Shown here piece after piece: positions 55,501 through 64,000 of a DNA stretch of 64,000 bases. A model generated the notes under the pieces. The model was given only the letters and a program-made list of their open reading frames with translations. It did not search any database and was not told the origin of the DNA. This DNA comes from the human T2T-CHM13v2.0 reference genome, Homo sapiens: NCBI RefSeq assembly GCF_009914755.1, contig NC_060936.1. One strand, given 5' to 3'. Each line of letters opens with the position of its first letter. Positions within the stretch are counted from its first letter, which is position 1. The position numbers were made by a program, and so were the translations under genes.

Positions 55501-58500
55501 TCTAAAGGAAGGTTCAACTCTGTGAGTTGAATACACACACCACAAATAAGTTACTGAGAATTCTTCTGTCGAACATTACTTGAAGAAATCCCGTTTCCAA
55601 AGAAGGCCTCAAAGAGGTCCAAATATCCACTTGCAGACATTACAAACAGAGTGTTTCCAAACTGCTCCATCAAAAGAAAGGTTAAACTCTGTGAGCTGAA
55701 CACACACATCAAAAAGAAGTTTCTGTGAATGATTCTGTCTAGATTTTATAAGAAGATGTTTCCTTTTCTACCGTAGGCCTCAAAGCGCTTGAAATCTCCA
55801 GCTGCAAATTCCACAAAAAGGGTGTTTAACATCTGCTCTTCTAAAGGAAAGTTCAGCTCAATGAGTTGAATACACACAGCACAAAGAAGTTACTGAGACT
55901 TCTCCTATCAAACATTATATGAAGAAATCCCGTTTCCAACGAAGGCCCCAAAGAGGTCCAAATATCTGCTTGCAGACTTTACAAAGACAGTGTCTCCAAA
56001 CTCCTCCATCAAAAGAAAGGTTATACTCTGTGAATTGAACGCACACATCACAAAGTAGTTTCTGAGAATGATTCTGTCTAGTTTTTATATGAAGATATTT
56101 CCTTTTCTACATTTGGCCTAAAAGCGCTTGAAATCTCCACCTGCAAATATCACAAAAAGAGGGTTTCACATCTGCTCTTTCTGAAGGACAGTTCACCTCT
56201 GTGAGTTGAATAGAGGCAACACAAAGAACTTACTCAGTATTCTTCTTTCTAGCGTTCTATGAAGAAATCCCGTTTCCAACGAAGGCCCCAAAGAGGTCCA
56301 AATATCTGCTTGCAGACTTTACAGACAGTGTTTCCAAACTACTTTATGAAAAGAAAGCTTAAACTCCTTGAGTTGAACGTTCACATCACAAAGTAGTTTC
56401 TGAGAATGATTCTGTCTAGTTTTAATACGAAGATGTTTCCTTTTCTACATTTGGTCTCAAAGCGATTGAAATCTCCAACTGGAAACTGCACAAATAGGGT
56501 GTTTCAAATCTGCTCTGTCTAAAGGAAGGTTCAACTCTGTGAGTTGAATACACACACCACAAATAAGTTACTGAGAATTCTTCTGTCGAACATTACTTGA
56601 AGAAATCCCGTTTCCACCGAAGGCCTCAAAGAGGTCCAAATATCTGTTTGCAGACTTTACAGATAGAGTGTTTCCAAACTGCTCCATGAAAAGAAAGGTT
56701 AAACTCCTTGAGTTGATCACACACATCACAAAGTAGTTTCTGTGAATGATTCTGTCTAGTTTTTATACGAAGATGTTTCCTTTTCTACCTTTGGTCTCAA
56801 AGCGATTGAAATCTCCACATGGAAACTCCACAAAAAGAGGGTTTCAAATCTGCTCTTTCTGAAGGAAGGTTCACCTCTGTGAGTTGAATAAACACACCAC
56901 AAATAAGTTACTGAGAATTCTTCTGTGTAACATTATATGAGGAAATCCCGTTTCCAACGAAGGCCTCAAAGAGGTCCAAATATCCACTTGCAGACTTTAG
57001 AAACACAGTGTCTCCAAACTCCTCCATCAAAAGAAAGGTTATACTCTGTGAAATGAACGCACACATCAGAAAGTAGTTTCTGAGAATGATTCTGTCTAGT
57101 TTTTATACGAAGATATTTCCTTTTCTACATTTGGCCTAAAAGCGCTTGAAATCTCCACCTGCAAATATCACAAAAAGAGGGTTTCACATCTGCTCTGTCT
57201 AAAGGACAGTTCACCTCTGCGAGTTGAATAGAGGCAACACAAAGAACTTACTCAGTATTCTTCTTTCTAGCGTTCCATGAAGAAATCCCGTTTCCAACGA
57301 AGGCCCCAAAGAGGTCCAAATATCTGCTTGCAGACTTTACAGACAGAGTGTTTCCAAACTACTCTATGAAAAGAAAGCTTAAACTCCTTGAGTTGAACGC
57401 ACACATCACAAAGTAGTTTCTGAGAATAATTCTGTCTAGTTTTTATACGAAGATGTTTCCTTTTCTACATTTGGTCTCAAAGCGATTGAAATCTCCAACT
57501 GGAAACTGCACAAATAGGGTGTTTCAAATCTGCTCTGTCTAAAGGAAGGTTCAACTCTGTGAGTTGAATACACACACCACAAATAAGTTACTGAGAATTC
57601 TTCTGTCGAACATTACAGGAAGAAATCCCGTTTCCAACGAAGGCCTCAAAGAGGTCCAAGTATCCACTTGCAGACGTTACAAACAGTGTGTTTCCAAACT
57701 TCTCCATCAAAAGAAAGGTTAAACTCTGTGAGCTGAACACACACATCAAAAAGAAGTTTCTGTGAATGATTCTGTCTAGATTTTATAAGAAGATGTTTCC
57801 TTTTCTACCGTAGGCCTCAAAGCGCTTGAAATCTCCAGCTGCAAATTCCACAAAAAGGGTGTTTAACATCTGCTCTTCTAAAGGAAAGTTCAACTCTATG
57901 AGTTGAATACACACAGCACAAAGAAGTTACTGAGACTTCTCCTATCAAACATTATATGAAGAAATCCCGTTTCCAACGAAGGCCTCAAAGAGGTCCAAAT
58001 ATCTGCTTGCAGACTTTACAGACAGAGTGTTTCCAAACTGCTCCATCAAAAGAAAGGTTAAACTCCTTGAGTTGAACACACACATCACAAAGTAGTTTCT
58101 GTGAATGATTCTGTCTAGTTTTTATACGAAGATATTTCCTTTTCTACCTTTGGTCTCAAAGCGATTGAAATCTCCACATGGAAACTCCACAAAAAGAGTG
58201 TTTCAAATCTGCTCTTTCTGAAGGAAGGTTCAACTCTGTGAGTTGAATACACACACCACAAATAAGTTACTGAGAATTCTTCTGTGTAACATTATATGAG
58301 GAAATCCCGTTTCCAACGAAGGCCTCAAAGAGGTCCAAATATCCACTTGCAGACTTTACAAAGACAGTGTCTCGAAACTCCTCCATCAAAAGAAAGGTTA
58401 TACTCAGTGAATTGAGCGCACACATCAGAAAGTAGTTTCTGAGAATGACTGTCTAGTTTTTATACAAAGATATTTCCTTTTCTACATTTGGCCTAAAAGC

Positions 58501-61500
58501 GCTTGAAATCTCCACCTGCAAATATCACAAAAAGAGGGTTTCACATCTGCTCTGTCTAAAGGACAGTTCACCTCTGTGAGTTGAATAGAGGCAACACAAA
58601 GAACTTACTCAGTATTCTTCTTTCTAGCGTTCTATGAAGAAATCCCGTTTCCAACGAAGGCCCCAAAGAGGTCCAAATATCTGCTTGCACACTTTACAGA
58701 CAGAGTGTTTCCAAACTACTCTATGAAAAGAAAGCTTAAACTCCTTGAGTTGAACGCACACATCACAAAGTAGTTTCTGAGAATGATTCTGTCTAGTTTT
58801 TATACGAAGATGTTTCCTTTTCTACATTTGGTCTCAAAGCGATTGAAATCTCCAACTGGAAACTGCACAAATAGGGTGTTTCAAATCTGCTCTGTCTAAA
58901 GGAAGGTTCAACTCTGTGAGTTGAATACACACACCACAAATAAGTTACTGAGAATTCTTCTGTCTAACATTACTTGAAGAAATCCCGTTTCCAACGAAGG
59001 CCTCAAAGAGGTCCAAATAACCACTTGCAGACATTACAAACAGAGTGTTTCCAAACTGCTCCATCAAAAGAAAGGTTAAACTCTGTGAGCTGAACACACA
59101 CATCAAAAAGAAGTTTCTGTGAATGATTCTGTCTAGATTTTATAAGAAGATGTTTCCTTTTCTACCGTAGGCCTCAAAGCGCTTGAAATCTCCAGCTGCA
59201 AATTCCACAAAAAGGGTGTTTAACATCTGCTCTTCTAAAGGAAAGTTCAACTCTATGAGTTGAATACACACAGCACAAAGAAGTTACTGAGACTTCTCCT
59301 ATCAAACATTATATGAAGAAATCCCGTTTCCAACGAAGGCCTCAAAGAGGTCCAAATATCTGCTTGCAGACTTTAAAGACAGAGTTTTTCCAAACTGCTC
59401 CATCAAAAGAAAGGTTAAACTCCTTGAGTTGAACACACACATCACAAAGTAGTTTCTGTGAATGATTCTGTCTAGTTTTTATACGAAGATGTTTCCTTTT
59501 CTACCTTTGGTCTCAAAGCGATTGAAATCTCCACATGGAAACTCCACAAAAAGAGTGTTTCAAATCTGCTCTTTCTGAAGGAAGGTTCAACTCTGTGAGT
59601 TGAATACACACACCACAAATAAGTTACTGAGAATTCTTCTGTGTAACATTATATGAGGAAATCCCGTTTCCAACGAAGGCCTCAAAGAGGTCCAAATATC
59701 CACTTGCAGACTTTACAAAGACAGTGTCTCGAAACTCCTCCATCAAAAGAAAGGTTATACTCTGTGAATTGAACGCACACATCACAAAGTAGTTTCTGAG
59801 AATGATTCTGTCTAGTTTTTATACGAAGATATTTCCTTTTCTACATTTGGCCTCAAAGCGCTTGAAATCTCCACCTGCAAATATCACAAAAAGAGGGTTT
59901 CACATCTGCTCTGTCTAAAGGACAGTTAACCTCTGTGAGTTGAATAGAGGCAACACAAAGAACTTACTCAGTATTCTTCTTTCTAGCGTTCTATGAAGAA
60001 ATCCCGTTTCCAATGAAAGCCCCAATGAGGTTCAAATATCTGCTTGCAGACTTTACAGACAGAGTGTTTCCAAACTACTCTATGAAAAGAAAGCTTAAAC
60101 TCCTTGAGTTGAACGCACAGATCACAAAGTAGTTTCTGAGAATGATTCTGTCTAGTTTTTATACGAAGATGTTTCCTTTTCTACATTTGGTCTCAAAGCG
60201 ATTGAAATCTCCAACTGGAAACTGCACAAATAGGGTGTTTCAAATCTGCTCTGTCTAAAGGAAGGTTCAACTCTTTGAGTTGAATACACACACCACAAAT
60301 AAGTTACTGAGAATTCTTCTGTCGAACATTACTTGAAGAAATCCCGTTTCCAACGAAGGCCTCAAAGAGGTCCAAATATCCACTTGCAGACATTACATAC
60401 AGAGTGTTTCCAAACTGCTCCATCAAAAGAAAGGTTAAACTCTGTGAGCTGAACACACACATCAAAAAGAAGTTTCTGTGAATGATTCTGTCTAGATTTT
60501 ATAAGAAGATGTTTCCTTTTCTACCGTAGGCCTCAAAGCGCTTGAAATCTCCAGCTGCATATTCCACAAAAAGGGTGTTTAACATCTGCTCTTCTAAAGG
60601 AAAGTTCAACTCAATGAGTTGAATACACACAGCCCAAAGAAGTTACTGAGACTTCTCCTATCAAACATTATATGAAGAAATCCCGTTTCCAACGAAGGCC
60701 TCAAAGAGGTCCAAATATCTGCTTGCAGACTTTACAAAGACAGTGTCTCCAAACTCCTCCATCAAAAGAAAGGTTATACTCTGTGAATTGAACGCACACA
60801 TCACAAAGTAGTTTCTGTGAATGATTCTGTCTAGTTTTTATACGAAGATATTTCCTTTTCTACATTTGGCCTAAAAGCGCTTGAAATCTCCACCTGCAAA
60901 TATCACAAAAAGAGGGTTTCACATCTGCTCTGTCTAAAGGACAGTTCACTTTTGTGAGTTGAATAGAGGCAACACAAAGAACTTACTCAGTATTCTTCTT
61001 TCTAGCGTTCTATGAAGAAATCCCGTTTCCAACGAAGGCCACAAAGAGGTCCAAATATCTGCTTGCAGACTTTACAGACAGAGTGTTTCCAAACTACTCT
61101 ATGAAAAGAAAGCTTAAACTCCTTGAGTTGAACGCACACATCACAAAGTAGTTTCTGAGAATGATTCTGTCTAGTTTTTATACGAAGATGTTTCCTTTTC
61201 TACATTTGGTCTCAAAGCGATTGAAATCTCCAACTGGAAACTGCACAAATAGGGTGTTTCAAATCTGCACTGTGTAAAGGAAGGTTCAACTCTGTGAGTT
61301 GAATACACACACCACAAATAAGTTACTGAGAATTCTTCTGTCGAACATTACTTGAAGAAATCCCGTTTCCAACGAAGGCCTCAAAGAGGTCCAAATATCC
61401 ACTTGCAGACATTACAAACAGAGTGTTTCCAAACTGCTCCATCAAAAGAAAGGTTAAACTCTGTGAGCTGAACACACACATCAAAAAGAAGTTTCTGTGA

Positions 61501-64000
61501 ATGATTCTGTCTAGATTTTATAAGAAGATGTTTCCTTTTCTACCGTAGGCCTCAAAGCGCTTGAAATCTCCAGCTGCAAATTCCACAAAAAGGGTGTTTA
61601 ACATGTGCTCTTCTAAAGGAAAGTTCAACTCTATGCGTTGAATACACACAGCACAAAGAAGTTACTGAGACTTCTCCTATCAAACATTATATGAAGAAAT
61701 CCCGTTTCCAACGAAGGCCTCAAAGAGGTCCAAATATCTGCTTGCAGACTTTACAGACAGAGTGTTTCCAAACTGCTCCATCAAAAGAAAGGTTAAACTC
61801 CTTGAGTTGAACACACACATCACAAAGTAGTTTCTGTGAATGATTCTGTCTAGTTTTTATACGAAGATGTTTCCTTTTCTACCTTTGGTCTCAATGCGAT
61901 TGAAATCTCCACATGGAAACTCCACAAAAAGAGTGTTTCAAATCTGCTCTTTCTGAAGGAAGGTTCAACTCTGTGAGTTGAATACACACACCACAAATAA
62001 GTTACTGAGAATTCTTCTGTGTAACATTATATGAGGAAATCCCGTTTCCAACGAAGGCCTCAAAGAGGTCCAAATATCCACTTGCAGACTTTACAAAGAC
62101 AGTGTCTCCAAACTCCTCCATCAAAAGAAAGGTTATACTCTGTGAATTGAACGCACACATCTCAAAGTAGTTTCTGAGAATGATTCTGTCTAGTTTTTAT
62201 ACGAAGATATTTCCTTTTCTACATTTGGCCTAAAAGCGCTTGAAATCTCCACCTGCAAATATCACAAAAAGAAGGTTTCACATCTGCTCTGTCTAAAGGA
62301 CAGTTCACCTCTGTGAGTTGAATAGAGGCAACACAAAGAACTTACTCAGTATTCTTCTTTCTTGCGTTCTATGAAGAAATCCCGTTTCCAACGAAGGCCC
62401 CAAAGAGGTCCAAATATCTGCTTGCACACTTTACAGACAGAGTGTTTCCAAACTACTCTATGAAAAGAAAGCTTAAACTCCTTGAGTTGAACGCACACAT
62501 CACAAAGTAGTTTCTGAGAATGATTCTGTCCAGTTTTTATACGAAGATGTTTCCTTTTCTACATTTGGTCTCAAAGCGATTGAAATCTCCAACTGGAAAC
62601 TGCACAAATAGGGTGTTTCAAATCTGCTCTGTCTAAAGGAAGGTTCAACCCTGTGAGTTGAATACACACACCACAAATAAGTTACTGAGAATTCTTGTGT
62701 CGAACATTACTTGAAGAAATCCCGTTTCCAACGAAGGCCTCAAAGAGGTCCAAATATTCACTTGCAGATATTACAAACAGAGTGTTTCCAAACTGCTCCA
62801 TCAAAAGAAAGGTTAAACTCTGTGAGCTGAACACACACATCAAAAAGAAGTTTCTGTGAATGATTCTGTCAAGATTTTATAAGATGTTTCCATTTCTACC
62901 GTAGGACTCAAAGCGCTTGAAATCTCCAGCTGCAAATTCCACAAAAAGGGTGTTTAACATCTGCTCTTCTAAAGGAAAGTTCAACTCTATGAGTTGAATA
63001 CACACAGCACAAAGAAGTTACTCAGACTTCTCCTATCAAACATTATATGAAGAAATCCCGTTTCCAACGAAGGCCTCAAAGAGGTCCAAATATCTGCTTG
63101 CAGACTTTAAAGACAGAGTTTTTCCAAACTGCTCCATCAAAAGAAAGGTTAAACTCCTTGAGTTGAAAACACACATCACAAAGTAGTTTCTGTGAATGAT
63201 TCTGTCTAGTTTCTATACGAAGATGTTTCCTTTTCTACCTTTGGTCTCAAAGCGATTGAAATCTCCACATGGAAACTCCACAAAAAGAGTGTTTCAAATC
63301 TGCTCTTTCTGAAGGAAGGTTCAACTCTGTGAGTTGAATACACACACCACAAATAAGTTCCTGAGAATTCTTCTGTGTAACATTATATGAGGAAATCCCG
63401 TTTCCAACGAAGGCCTCAAAGAGGTCCAAATATCCACTTGCAGACTTTACAAAGACAGTGTCTCCAAACTCCTCCATCAAAAGAAAGGTTATACTCTGTG
63501 AATTGAACGCACACATCACAAAGTAGTTTCTGAGAATGATTCTGTCTAGTTTTTATACGAAGATATTTCCTTTTCTACATTTGGCCTAAAAGCGCTTGAA
63601 ATCTCCACCTGCAAATATCACAAAAAGAGGGTTTCACATCTGCTCTGTCTAAAGGACAGTTCACCTCTGTGAGTTGAGTAGAGGCAACACAAAGAACTTA
63701 CTCAGTATTTTTCTTTCTAGCGTTCTATGAAGAAGTCACGTTTCCAACGAAGGCCCCAATGAGGTCCAAATATCTGCTTGCAGACTTTACAGACAGAGTG
63801 TTTCCAAACTACTCTATGAAAAGAAAGCTTAAACTTCTTGAGTTGAACGCACACATCACAAAGTAGTTTCTGAGAATGATTCTGTCTAGTTTTTATACGA
63901 AGATGTTTCCTTTTCTACATTTGGTCTCAAAGCGATTGAAATCTCCAACTGGAAACTGCACAAATAGGGTGTTTCAAATCTGCTCTGTCTAAAGGAAGGT

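Larger units (their letters stand above)
1..64000 (-). repeat. Alpha-satellite HOR array, SF1 dimeric type, canonical 8-monomer (~1359 bp) HOR; most likely human chr12 D12Z3
   Basis: ~171-bp monomer and ~340-bp dimer periodicity throughout. CENP-B box (CTTCGTTGGAAACGGGA on the - strand) occurs in every second monomer. Four dimer types recur in the order P-Q-R-S. One HindIII site (e.g. 1339-1344) and one PvuII site (e.g. 442-447) per HOR fit my recollection of the ~1.35-1.4 kb D12Z3 unit. Alpha-satellite identity is near certain; the chromosome call is about 0.8. Confidence 0.97.

Noticed and set aside
32634-63519. 64-aa plus-strand ORFs (32634, 54033) and a 90-aa minus-strand ORF (63247)
   Set aside because: Satellite translations created by single stop-loss SNVs.
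1-64000. CRISPR-like regularly spaced conserved motif
   Set aside because: The motif is the CENP-B box region. The intervening sequences are themselves repeats, not unique spacers, and there are no cas genes.
1-64000. L1/Alu insertion, inversion or non-satellite island
   Set aside because: The ~340-bp box spacing and orientation are unbroken from 232 to 63736, with no poly(A) tail or foreign sequence seen.
1-64000. Alternative assignment to chr10 D10Z1 (also SF1, with 8- and 6-mers)
   Set aside because: As I recall, D10Z1 is defined by RsaI periodicity, whereas GTAC is only sporadic here and HindIII/PvuII cut once per HOR. Alignment to T2T-CHM13 would settle it.

Overview
The whole 64 kb window is primate (human-type) centromeric alpha-satellite: about 376 tandem ~171-bp monomers, all in one orientation. 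I saw no genes, transposons or inversions. Monomers alternate between a CENP-B-box type and a pJalpha-like type (suprachromosomal family 1 dimer, ~340 bp). Four dimer types, labelled here P, Q, R, S and each counted from its CENP-B box, form a ~1359-bp 8-mer higher-order repeat (HOR) with one HindIII and one PvuII site per unit, which best matches chromosome 12 D12Z3. All supplied ORFs are spurious translations of satellite. I found no new gene-based system. The notable content is array architecture: 4-, 6- and 10-mer variant HORs, a ~9.2 kb super-HOR in three length-variant tandem copies (18.6-44.7 kb), 2717-bp and 3737-bp recent tandem duplications, micro-conversion patches, and clustered CENP-B box disruption. 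Coordinates and counts were read by eye and may be off by a few bases or items.
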